64,000 nucleotides of DNA, taken from positions 352,001 to 416,000 of the forward strand of contig CAVZLN010000006.1 of the NCBI GenBank assembly GCA_963776245.1. The letters run 5' to 3'. Under the pieces are notes generated by a model. It had not been told where the DNA came from, did not search any database, and was given only the letters and a program-made list of their open reading frames with translations. This DNA comes from Candidatus Eiseniibacteriota bacterium (lineage in GTDB: Bacteria; Eisenbacteria; RBG-16-71-46). This document shows positions 1 through 9,813 of the stretch, one piece after another (position 1 is the first letter of the stretch; each line of letters begins with the position of its first letter). The translations under genes and the position numbers were made by a program.

Positions 1-243
1 GGAGATCTCGTTCGCGGGCAGTCCCCCGGGGCTTCGCGCCACCGACGAGAACGCTCCGGTGCGGCGGTCGTAGAGCACCAGTCCGGCGTTGGTGGTGCCG
101 ACCCACACCGAATCCGCGCCGGCCTTGATGTCGGCGATCCCGTAGGGCCGGATGTACGTCTCCCAGCGCCCGGCGGCGGCCGCTTCCGCGGCGCACGCGG
201 CGCCGAGCCCGGCCACCAGCAGACAGCAGGCCCTTCGTCCCAT
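1..243 (-). CDS. Secreted beta-propeller protein (Reg_prop/PorZ-like), N-terminal part only; truncated by the window edge
   Basis: Hand translation from ATG at 243: MGRRACCLLVAGLGAACAAEAAAAGRWETYIRPYGIADIKAGADSVWVGTTNAGLVLYDRRTGAFSSVARSPGGLPANEIS. Signal peptide plus VWVGTxxxGL...GLPxNxI blade motifs. Confidence 0.65.
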   Translation of the reverse strand, partial: MGRRACCLLVAGLGAACAAEAAAAGRWETYIRPYGIADIKAGADSVWVGTTNAGLVLYDRRTGAFSSVARSPGGLPANEIS

Positions 244-248
244 CGCGC

Positions 249-968
249 TCACTCCAGCCGCCCGAACAGGTCGACGAGCCGCAGCTTCCACACCATCCAC
301 GCGGCCTCCCAGATGATGCGCCGGCTCATCTTGGACGATCCGGCGTGGCGATCGACGAACATGATCGGGATCTCCCGGATGCGGAAGCCGCGCTTCCAGC
401 ACTTGAACGACATCTCGATCTGGAAGGCGTACCCGTCGGACTGCACGCGCTCGAGGCGGATCGCCTCGAGCGCGCGCCGGCGGAAACACTTGAAGCCGCC
501 GGTGGCGTCGAACAACGGCAGGCCGGTGACGATGCGCGTGTAGAGGTTCGCGCCGTAGGACAGGAAGAGGCGATTGAGCGGCCAGTTCACCACCGTCACC
601 TTGCCGTCCAGGTAGCGCGATCCCAGCACCACGTCGACCTCGGCGGCATGCTTGAGGAAGTCGCCGATGGCTCCGGGGTCGTGGGAGAAATCGGCGTCCA
701 TCTCGAAGATGTACTCCGCGCCATTGCCGAGCGCGTAGCGGAACCCGTCGCGATAGGCCGACCCCAGTCCCAGCTTGCCCGGACGCTGGAGCAGGTGGAT
801 CCGGGGCTCCCGACTCATGTACTCGGTCACCAGCCCGGCGGTTCCATCCGGGGAGTTGTCGTCCACGACCAGCACGTCGAGGCCGAACGGGAGGGCCATC
901 AGCCGTTCGAGCAGCGGGACGATGTTCTCGCGCTCGTTGTAGGTGGGGATGATGACGAGCTTCTCCAC
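249..968 (-). CDS. Polyprenol monophosphomannose synthase (DPM1/Ppm1-like GT2)
   Basis: C-terminal part of ORF 249..3182: VEKLVIIPTYNE, VDDNSPDGT, MDADFSH, GSRY, DATGGFK, GYAFQIE. GTG start at 968. Confidence 0.9.
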   Translation of the reverse strand: MEKLVIIPTYNERENIVPLLERLMALPFGLDVLVVDDNSPDGTAGLVTEYMSREPRIHLLQRPGKLGLGSAYRDGFRYALGNGAEYIFEMDADFSHDPGAIGDFLKHAAEVDVVLGSRYLDGKVTVVNWPLNRLFLSYGANLYTRIVTGLPLFDATGGFKCFRRRALEAIRLERVQSDGYAFQIEMSFKCWKRGFRIREIPIMFVDRHAGSSKMSRRIIWEAAWMVWKLRLVDLFGRLE

Positions 969-969
969 G

Positions 970-3385
970 TCAGGCCGCCTCCATCTTCGCCACGGACGCC
1001 GCGCCGCGCGGGCGCCGGAACCAGCCCGGCGGCGAGCAGGGCGAGCGACGCCAGCAGGCTGCCGAGCGTGACCATCAGCCCGGTGCGCAGGGCTCGCGAC
1101 TCGAACCGGAACACCACCGTGTGCTTCCCGGCGGGCACCGCCACCGCGCGCAGCAGGTAGTCCGCCTTGAGCACCTCCACCCGCCTGCCATCCACGGTCG
1201 CCGTCCAGTCCGGGTACCACAGGTCGGCCAGTCGCAGCAGCGCCGGCGCCCGGGGTCTCGACCGCGACCGTGACGTCGTTGAGCCGGTACGAGGTGATGG
1301 TCGGCCCGCGCGCCGGTCGCCGGCCCGAGCGTAAGCCCCGGGTCGCTTCTCGAGGAAGGTGACGGCCGCGGCGTCCGTGGTCCCGGCCTTGACCGAGTCG
1401 AGGATGGCGCGCGCCGGGGTCACCACGCGGTAGCGGTCGACCACGGTCGCGCGCGGGAGCGCGAACGGAAGCTCGTACACGCGCTGCGAGCCCGCGTACA
1501 CCTCGCGCAGCCCGGCGTCCGGGCGGGAACTCCCGGGTGGTGACGAGGTAGCGCACGCCCAGCAGCGCGCAGCCACGCCGGATCGGTCGGTCAGGTCGGC
1601 GTCGAAGAGGTCCTGGATGAGCCTCGTCTTCGCCGCGTGCGTGCCGCCGAGCGTGGCGATGCCGAAGCCGGCGTAGCGATTGCTGCGGAACTCCTCGAGC
1701 TCGAGCGGGAGCACGCGGAACGCGCCCGCCGGCCCGGCCTTCTCGAGGAACTCCACCACGTCGTCGCGCCCGGCGTCGAGACTGTGCTCGACCGCGGGAC
1801 CGATCACCGGCTCCATGACACGCCCGCTCACCGGCCACAGCTCGAAGGCGAGCAGCACGAGCGCGAGCACGCTCGCGCCCGCCGCGGGCAGCCGGCCGCG
1901 CCGCGCCAGCGCGAACAGCCCGAGCGCCGCCAGGCCGAACAGCGCGGCGCGCGCGAGATCCCCCACGAACGCGCGGTAGGCGAACGCGGCCGCGTCGGCG
2001 CCGAGATCGGGCTTCACGCCGAGCGCCAGCGCGGTGTACGCGCCCTGCCACGCGTCGCGTCCGAGCGCCGCCGCGAGCAGCACGAGCCCGAGCACCACCG
2101 CCAGCGCCCGCTCGAGCACCCCGACGCGGCGCGCCGCGGGTGTGCCGCCTTCGCGCTCGAGCGCCGCGGTCCAGCCCCAGGCCATCCCGAGGGCGGTGGC
2201 GAGCTGGAACAGCACCACGATCATCACCGGGATGCGGAACTTGTTGAACAGCGGCAGGTGGTCGTAGAGCAGCCCGTAGAGGGGAAAATGATTCCCGAAC
2301 GAGACGAACAGCGACACCGCCGCGAGCGCCAGCGCGAACGCCCGCGCCGCGCCGCCGCGCGTGAACGCGAACAGCGCCAGCACCAGGGTCATCATGCCGA
2401 CGTAGGCGTTGGGGTAGTCGGTGAACGGCATCCCGCCCCAGTACGTCGCGCCGCCGAAGCCGGTCCAGCCCGGCACCACGATCGAGGGCAGCTCGTAGGG
2501 CGCGAGCGACCACTGGGTCGCGTACGCCATCCCGGCGCCGCCGCCCGCGTCGGTGCCGCCGCGGATCGACCAGCGGGCGTAGTCGCGCAAGGGCAGGTTG
2601 TAGACGCCCGCGACGCCGAACGCGAGCGCGGCGGTCGCGCCGAGCGCGACCAGCCGCCCGCTGAGGCGCGGCAGATCGGCCGGGCGCCGCAGCGCCGCGA
2701 GCCACGCGACCGCGCCGTAGAGCGCCACCGCGATCCAGGTGTAGAAGCAGATCTGCACGTGACCGCGCAGGAACTGGAAGCCGCCGGCGATGCCGAGCCA
2801 GCCGAGGTGATGGAGCCCCCCGCGCTTCATCCAGCGCGCGGCGAGCCACACCATCAGCGGCAGGTAGGCCGAGTCCACCAGCTGGCTGCCGTGCCCGTGC
2901 GAGCCCACCGCCACCAGATTGGGCGCGAACACGAACGCCGCGGCGCCGAGCAGCGCGCCCTCGGGGCGCGCCCCCAGTTCGCGGGCGAGCAGGAAGGTGA
3001 ACAGGCCGCCCAGCACGTAGTAGAGGAGCATCCAGGTCATGTCCGGCAGCGGCACCACCCGGGCGAGCAGCGCGAGCGGCCAGTCGGGCGGGTAGATCAG
3101 CGGGTTGTACGCGCCGCTGCCGAACGAGGGCATGCCGAGGAACACGAACGGGTTCCAGAGCGGGTAGACGTGCTCCTGCCACAGCATGTGCTCGCCCATC
3201 CGCACGAAGCCCGCGGGCGCGACGGTGTCGGGCGAGACGAAGGTCTTGCCGCCCAGCACCAGCTGGTGGAAGAACACCACCACCAGCAGCGCCAGCACCA
3301 GCGCGGCCCAGCCGGTCGTGAGCGTGAATCCCGGCGCGGCCGGGGCGCGGCGCGGCGCGGGCCTGGAGGTCTTCTTCTCGGACAT
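970..3385 (-). CDS. YfhO-family (GT-C-like) polytopic membrane glycosyltransferase; local frameshifts in the 3' part
   Basis: YPLWNPFVFLGMP, NPLIYP, GHVQICFY, many TM helices, and C-terminal LADLWYPDWTATVDG...LLRAVAVPAGKHTVVFRF typical of YfhO. Frame switches at about 1000-1600; stop at 970 is inferred. Confidence 0.8.
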
Positions 3386-3416
3386 GGCGCTCCGGTGGGC
3401 TCGGGGTCGGACGGAC

Positions 3417-4544
3417 TCAGGAGGCCGCGCCGAGGCGCGACTCGATGCTCTCGACCATACGGGATGCCAGCGCGCCCCAGTCGTGCGGTCGCGCGAGCGC
3501 GCGGCACGCGCCCCGATCGGCCGGCCCGTCGAGGGCGCGCGCCACGGCGCCGGCCATCGCGTCGGGCGTGGCGGCGAAACCGAGGTGCGGCGGCTGCTCC
3601 GCGAGGTCGAGCAGCGGTGTGGTGACCACCGGCACGCCCGCGGCCAGGTACTGGTAGACCTTGTTCGGATTGATCCCCTGCACGAACGGATCGGCGGCGC
3701 GGAACGGGATCAGACCGACATCGAGGCCCTGCATGTAGGCGGGCACCTCGGCGTAGGGCTTCGGACCCAGCACGGCCACCCCCTCGCGCGCGGCGAGCGC
3801 GCGGACGCGCTCGTCGGTGGCGGGCGAGCCCGGACCGACCAGGACCAGCGTGCCGCCGCGGCGCGCGCGGCGGATCGCCTCGAGGGCGTCGAAGTCGAGG
3901 AAGTGCGACAGCAGGCCGACGTACCCGATGCGCGGGGACGGCAGGGCCGCCAGATCCGCGGGCAGCGGCCGGTCCGTCTCGAAATGCGCGGCCTCGACGC
4001 CGTTGCCGAGCAGGGTCAACGGCTTCGAGGTCTCGCCCCCGAGGCGGCGACGGTAGTACTCCGAGACGACGAACAAGGCATCCACCTGGTCGAGCGTGCG
4101 CCGCCAGTACCCGCGGGCCCATGCGGGCACCCCGGCGAACTGAAAGGGATCATCGTTGAAGTCGTAGAATACCATTCTCTTCCGCAGCCGCGACAGGGCG
4201 CCGGGGGCGTAGATGTTGGACACCATCACCACCGGGTCGGGACGCACCCCCAGCCGCGCCAGCTGGCGCGCCAGCCAGGTCTCGGCCACGCCCTCGATCA
4301 CCATGCGGGCGGGCGCCAGCGCGGCCGCGCGGTTGTAGAGCGCGCGGGTGGTGCCGGGCTTGAGGAAGGGCACGCTGAAGTAGGTGACGTTGCCCTCCCG
4401 CCGCGGCGTCCACGGATCGTCCGCCCCCGCCGCCGGAGGTTGCGCGAAGAACACGCGCCAGCGGTCCGGGAAGCGCGACAGCAGGAACTGCTTGCGCGTG
4501 CGGAAGTAGCCCCAGCGCACCTCGGACAGGACGACGAGGTCCAT
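3417..4544 (-). CDS. GT-B glycosyltransferase (GT4/TuaH-like)
   Basis: W..RKQFL N-terminus, GNGVEAAHF, IGYVG, NPNKVYQYLAAGVPVV. Confidence 0.85.
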   Translation of the reverse strand: MDLVVLSEVRWGYFRTRKQFLLSRFPDRWRVFFAQPPAAGADDPWTPRREGNVTYFSVPFLKPGTTRALYNRAAALAPARMVIEGVAETWLARQLARLGVRPDPVVMVSNIYAPGALSRLRKRMVFYDFNDDPFQFAGVPAWARGYWRRTLDQVDALFVVSEYYRRRLGGETSKPLTLLGNGVEAAHFETDRPLPADLAALPSPRIGYVGLLSHFLDFDALEAIRRARRGGTLVLVGPGSPATDERVRALAAREGVAVLGPKPYAEVPAYMQGLDVGLIPFRAADPFVQGINPNKVYQYLAAGVPVVTTPLLDLAEQPPHLGFAATPDAMAGAVARALDGPADRGACRALARPHDWGALASRMVESIESRLGAAS

Positions 4545-4553
4545 GCGCCGGCG

Positions 4554-6538
4554 CTACGCGCCGCCCCCGGTCACGCGCGGATCGGTCGCGAGGTAGTGCC
4601 GGGCCCACGATTCGAGCGCGAGCCACCGCCACACCTGGAGCCCGATGGCGCGGCGTCCACCGAGGAAGTCCTCGAGCCCGGCGCGCACCGCGGCGGGATC
4701 GAGCCAGCGATCGAGCGGCGTGCCGCGCGTCAGCCGCCGCCGCGCCTCGTCGCCGTGCCGGGTGCGCAGCCACAGGTCGGCCGGGGTCTCGAACCCCATC
4801 TTGTCACGGCGCGCGAGCACGCTCGCGGGCACGCGGTCGGCGAGCGCGCGGCGCAGGATGGCCTTGGTGGTCGTGCCGTCGAGGCGCTGGTCGTCGGGCA
4901 GGGCGAACGCGAACTCCACCAGCCGGTAGTCGAGGAACGGCAGCCGCGTCTCGACCGAGAACGCCATGCTGTTGCGGTCCTCGTAGCGCAGCAGCGAGGG
5001 CAGCAGCCGCTGGAGCGTATCGAACGCGAGCTGGCGCGACAGGCCGCTGCCGAACCCGCGCGGCGGCAGCGGCGGATGGGACGCGAGCGCCCGCAGCCCG
5101 GGCGCCAGCACGCGGTCCTTGCCCTGCCCGAAGCGGCGGCGCAGCGGCGCGAACAATCGCCCCGGCAGCCACGGCTCGAGGGTGAGCGCGATCGTGGTGA
5201 CGCGCACCGAGCCGCCCGGCCACGTCGCCGAACCCGCGCGCGAAGCCCGCGACGTCGCCGCGCGCGAGACGGTCGCGCAGCGCGATCGGCAGGTAGCGGA
5301 AGTAGCCGGCCAGCGTCTCGTCGCCGCCCTGGCCGTCGAGCAGCACCTTGAGCCCCGCCCGGTGCGCGAGCTCCATCACCTTCCACTGCGAGTACAGCCC
5401 CGAGCCCGCGGTGGGCTCGTCCTGCTGGTAGGCGAGCCGGTCGAACACGCTCCAGAAGTCGGCGCCGTCCGGCACCACGAGGTGCGGACGTGCCCCGCTC
5501 GCCGCCACCGCGGCGTCGATGTGCGGGCGCTCGTCGAAGCCGGGCACGTCGTAGGCGCACGAGAACGTGTGCTGCTCGCCCGCTCCGAGCCGCGCCATGG
5601 TGGTGACCACCGCGCTCGAGTCGAGGCCGCCCGACAGGCACGAGCCCACCGGCACGTCGGCGCGCAGCCGCAGCCGCACCGCGTCGGTGAACAGCTCGGC
5701 GAACTCGCCGGTCCACGCCGCGGGGCCGCCGGGCGCGCGGCGCGCGGGATCGAGCCCCCACCAGCGGCGGATCTCGAGCCCGTTCTCGCCGACGCTCAGC
5801 CAGTGCGCGGCGGGCAGCTGCATCAGCCCGTCGAAGAACGTGGTGTCACGGTGGTCCACCCAGTCGAGCGCCAGCAGGTCGCGCACCGCTTCGTCGCGCC
5901 CCGCGATGGGGCGCGGCTGGGTGAGCACCAGCGCCTTGGGCTCGGACGCGAACGCGAACCGGCCGTCCTCGTGCTGGTAGTAGAACGGCTTCACGCCGAA
6001 GCGGTCGCGGGCGCAGAACAGCCGGCGCTCGCGCGTGTCCCACAGCGCCAGCGCGAACATGCCGTTGAAGCGCGAGAGGCACTCCGGGCCCCAGCGGTGG
6101 TAGGCGGCGAGGATGACCTCGGTGTCGCTCGCGCTCACGAACGTGTCGCCGAGCGATTCGAGCTCGCGACGCAGCTCGACCCAGTTGTAGACCTCGCCGT
6201 TGAACACCAGCCACGAGCGCCGGTCGCGGTCGCACATCGGCTGGTGGCCGGCCGGGCTCAGGTCCACGATCGAGAGCCGGCGGTGGAGCAGGCCGACCGC
6301 GTAGCGCGCATCGGTCCGGTCGCCCGTCCTCCGCCCGGGGGCGTAGGGCAGGCCGCTCGCGTACACGTCGTCCGGCGTGTCCGGCCCGCCGAGCACCAGC
6401 GCGCCGCCGTCGCTCACGTCGAGCAGCACCACGCCCTCGTCATCGGGACCGCGGTGGCGCATCAGACGCGACATCGCGTGCAGGCGGCCGAGGTCGGCGC
6501 GGCCGCTCCCGCTCGTACACTCCCGCGATCCCGCACAT
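4554..6538 (-). CDS. asnB: Asparagine synthetase-type glutamine amidotransferase (AsnB/WbpS-like), frameshifted near 6510 and 5210
   Basis: MCGIAG start at 6538, HRGPDDEG, HRRLSIVD, FNGEVYN, RDRFGVKP, LSGGLDSS, DGQGGDE, DRNSMAFSVETRLPFLD, KMGFETP spread over three frames. Confidence 0.9.
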
Positions 6539-6567
6539 GGGCCCCTGGTCCCTCCCGCGCCGCGGCC

Positions 6568-8013
6568 TCAGGCCGCCGGCGCCCCCGCGCGTGCGCCACC
6601 CAGCGTGCCGCGCTCCTTGCGCAGCACCAGCCAGCCCGCCGCGACTCCCCACGCCAGCGCGGCGGCGAGCTTGATCGCCGCGCCGCCGGGGGTGGCCGGC
6701 GCCAGTGCCTGCAGCGCCCACGCCAGCCCGAGGGCGGTGCTGAACAGCAACGCCAGGCGCCCCGCGCGGTACGGCAGGGGGTGGACGCGCTGGGCGATGA
6801 CGAAGGTCAGCGCCGCGGCCACGACATAGCCCGCGAGCGTGCCCACCGCGGCCCCCGGCGCGCCGAAGCGCGGTGTGAGCGTCGCCTGCCCTGCCGCCGC
6901 CGCCAGCGCGCCGCCGATCGCGGCGAGGCTGAGCAGCGGCGTGCGCAGCGCCAGCCCGATGCCGACCGACGCGACAGTGTAGGCACCCAGCGCGACCGCG
7001 GCAAAGGTGAGCGGCACGATGGGCGCCGCCGCCGGAGCGTATCCCCCCGGCACCACCACGCGCAGGATCTCGGGAGCGAACGCCGAGGCCAGCAGCGCCA
7101 TGAGCGACGCCCCGGCGACATAGCCGTCGAACACGAACGCGAACAGCCGCGGAGCGCCGGGCTCGCGGGCGCGCGCGAAGGCGAACGGCCCGTAGGCGAG
7201 CTGGACCGCGGCGACGCTCATCCCCATCACGGCGTAGAACTTCATCGCCACCGCGTACACCGCGACCTCGTCGAGGGTGCGGGTGTGCTGGAGCCAGTAG
7301 CGGTCGAGGCTGCCGATCCATCCGAACGCGAACGCGCTCGGGACCAGCGGCGCGCCGTAGGCGAGCATCTTCCGCAGCACGTCGAACCGCAGCCCGCCCC
7401 CCAGATTGTGGCGGCACAGCACCAGGCCGAGCGCGGCGCAGGCCGCATCGGCCGCGAGCTTGCCGTAGAGCACGCCGACCACGCCCACCTTCGCCACCGC
7501 CACCCACCACACCGCGAGGCCGGCCGCGAGCACGGTCTGCAGCAGGTTCAGCGCGACGTACTTCCACGGCTGGAAGGTGACCCGGAGCACCTCGTTCGAC
7601 CACATCGTGAGCAGCGTGAACGGCAGCGTCCACGCCGCGACCAGCAGGTACTTGCGGTAGACCTCGCCGCCGAGCAGGTGCCCGGCGAGCGGGGTCGCGG
7701 CGAGCGTCACCCCGAGCGCGGCGAGCGTGCCGATCGCGAGTCGGAAGGCGAACGAGGTGGACGCCATGCGCACCCGCGCCGCGCGGTCGGGCTCGGCGTA
7801 GAAATGGCGCGCCAGCGCGCCGTCCATGCCGAACACCAGCACCAGCACCGCGGTCTGCGAGTACGCCAGCAGCAGGTCGCTGATGCCGTACGCGCCGGGC
7901 GAGAGCACGCGCGTGAGGATGGGCACCAGCGCCAGTTGCGCCGCGCGCCCGAGCGCCTGGCCGAGCCCGTAGACCACCGACTCCGACATCAGCTTCTTGA
8001 GCGCCTCACGCAT
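6568..8013 (-). CDS. wzx: Wzx-type oligosaccharide flippase
   Basis: 481 aa with many TM segments; KLMSESVVYGLG...LVPILTRVLSPGAYG, DRYWL and VAVYAVAMK MOP/PST motifs. Confidence 0.85.
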   Translation of the reverse strand: MREALKKLMSESVVYGLGQALGRAAQLALVPILTRVLSPGAYGISDLLLAYSQTAVLVLVFGMDGALARHFYAEPDRAARVRMASTSFAFRLAIGTLAALGVTLAATPLAGHLLGGEVYRKYLLVAAWTLPFTLLTMWSNEVLRVTFQPWKYVALNLLQTVLAAGLAVWWVAVAKVGVVGVLYGKLAADAACAALGLVLCRHNLGGGLRFDVLRKMLAYGAPLVPSAFAFGWIGSLDRYWLQHTRTLDEVAVYAVAMKFYAVMGMSVAAVQLAYGPFAFARAREPGAPRLFAFVFDGYVAGASLMALLASAFAPEILRVVVPGGYAPAAAPIVPLTFAAVALGAYTVASVGIGLALRTPLLSLAAIGGALAAAAGQATLTPRFGAPGAAVGTLAGYVVAAALTFVIAQRVHPLPYRAGRLALLFSTALGLAWALQALAPATPGGAAIKLAAALAWGVAAGWLVLRKERGTLGGARAGAPAA

Positions 8014-8037
8014 CGGCGCTCCGCGCGCGCGCCGCGC

Positions 8038-8904
8038 TCACCGCGGCCGCCCGAACGGGTTGGGCCGGCCGCACCACGGGCAGGTCCAGCGCGTCGGCCA
8101 CGGACGCGGCGGCTCGACGATGCAGTGCTCGCCGCACTCGCGGCACACGTGGGTGACGCGGCGCGGCCCCGGCAGGCCGGCGCTCGCGGCGCGCGCGCCG
8201 GGCGCCCCGCCCGCCCGTCCGGTCTTCACGAACGTGAGCACGAAGTTCGCGTCCCGCGCCAGATCGAGCCCGAACCAGCGGTGGAGCTTCGCCAGCTTCC
8301 AGGTGAACAGCCCCTGCAGCGGCTTGGTGCGCGGGTCGTTCATCCACGAGAAGCCGGCCGGCACGAAGGCGTGCGCGGTGAGCTGGAAGCCGCGCCGTCG
8401 AACGCCTCGAGCAGCGATGGGAGATCGAAGCGCTGCTGGTGCTCGATGCGCTTGCCGAACTTCATCAGCGCGTACTTGGCGAAGTAGCCGGCGAAGCGGT
8501 AGAGCCGGTCGTCGAACGCCGCCGCGCGCGGCACCGCCAGGTAGAGCGTGCCCCCCGGCTTCGTCACGCGCGCCAGCGCGTCGCAGCAGGCCTCGAGCGC
8601 GGTGACGTGCTCGAGCACGTAGTGGCAGACGGTGAGGTCGAACAGCCCGTCGCGCAGCGGCAACCGCGCGAGGTCGGCGGTGAGCACGCGCACGCGTTCC
8701 GAACGCGGCGGCGGCCCGGGCGGGAACTTGATGTCGAAGCCGGTGATCTCGAGGTCGGGTCGCTCGCCGTACGGCCACGAGCCCGGCCCGCATCCCGCGT
8801 CGAGCACGCGCGCGCCCGGCGGCTGCGCCGCGATGACCTCGCGCAGGAACACCGGCGGCTCGCCGGGCGCGCGCTCGGGCTTGCGGGCGACGCGCCACGC
8901 TCAC
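8038..8904 (-). CDS. Class I SAM-dependent methyltransferase with C-terminal CxxC...CxxC zinc ribbon (frameshifted)
   Basis: VLDAGCGPG, LPLRDGLFD and VLEHV...RVTKPGG in ORF 8340..8852; CRECG...CPWCG tail in ORF 8038..9003; GTGA overlap at 8901-8904. Confidence 0.7.
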   Translation of the reverse strand: MSVARRPQARARARRAAGVPARGHRGAAAGRARARRGMRAGLVAVRRATRPRDHRLRHQVPARAAAAFGTRARAHRRPRAVAAARRAVRPHRLPLRARARHRARGLLRRAGARDEAGGHALPGGAARGGVRRPALPLRRLLRQVRADEVRQAHRAPAALRSPIAARGVRRRGFQLTAHAFVPAGFSWMNDPRTKPLQGLFTWKLAKLHRWFGLDLARDANFVLTFVKTGRAGGAPGARAASAGLPGPRRVTHVCRECGEHCIVEPPRPWPTRWTCPWCGRPNPFGRPR

Positions 8905-9813
8905 GGCCTCACCTCCGCCGCGCTGCGGCCCGTCAGCGCGTCCAGCAGCGCGCGCGGCACCGCCGCGCGCCGCGGCGCCGCCTGCCCGCGCGCCAGCAGC
9001 CACGCCGCCAGCGCCGCCTGCTGCGCGAGGAACGCCGGCAGCCAGGTGATCCGCGCGAGCCGCGCGCGTGGGTGGCGAACAGCGTGAGGTTGGCGCGCAG
9101 GCGCTGGTAGATCTTCCACGGGCTCTGCGCGCCGCTCGACGCGCTCACCTTGTGCCACAGCCGCGCGGTCGGCACGAACAGCAGCCTGTAGCCCGCGGCC
9201 CGCGCGCGCAGCGACCAGTCGGCGTCCTCGGCGTAGATGAAGTAGCGCTCGTCGAGCGGGCCGACCCTGCGCCCAGCACTCGCGCCGCGCCAGCAGGCAG
9301 CAGCCGGTCAGGTAGCCGGTCTCCTCCACCGCGCGGTACCTGCCGGTGTCGCGCGCGCGCAGGCCGCGGTGCGCGGCCAGCCCGAGCGCGGGCCGGCAGC
9401 TCGCCCCGGCGTACCAGATCACCCGGCTCGGCGGACCGAAGTAGATCAGCGGCGCGGCCGCGCCCGCCTTCGGGATCCTGCTCGAGCGCGAGCAGCAGCT
9501 GCTCGATCAGCCCGGGGTCGCACACGGTGTCGTTGTTGAGCAGCATCACGGCGTCGGCGCCCCCGGCGAGGGCCCGCTCGAGCCCGGCGTTGTTGCCGCC
9601 GGCAAAACGTCGGTTCTCGGCCAGCGCCACCAGCTCGACCTGCGGGAACTCGCGCGCGATCGCGGCCGCCGAGCCGTCGGTGGAGCCGTTGTCCACCACC
9701 ATGACGTGGAGCGCCCAGCCCGCGGGCATGCGGCAGCGCTCGAGCGTGGGCAGCAGCACGCGCGTGTCCGCGAGGCCGTTCCAGTTGAGCACCACCACGG
9801 TCACCCGCTTCAC
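8901..9813 (-). CDS. GT2 glycosyltransferase (rhamnosyltransferase/WbbL-like), frameshifted
   Basis: VVVLNWNG, VVDNGSTDG, NRRFAGGNN, LLNND, TGCCLL, LWHKVSAS across frames; shifts near 9465, 9270 and 9065. Confidence 0.8.

Noticed and set aside
249..3182. 977-aa ORF suggesting a long N-terminal fusion to the DPM1-like enzyme
   Set aside because: The upstream part is mostly an alternative frame of yfhO. The GT2 domain starts at GTG 968.
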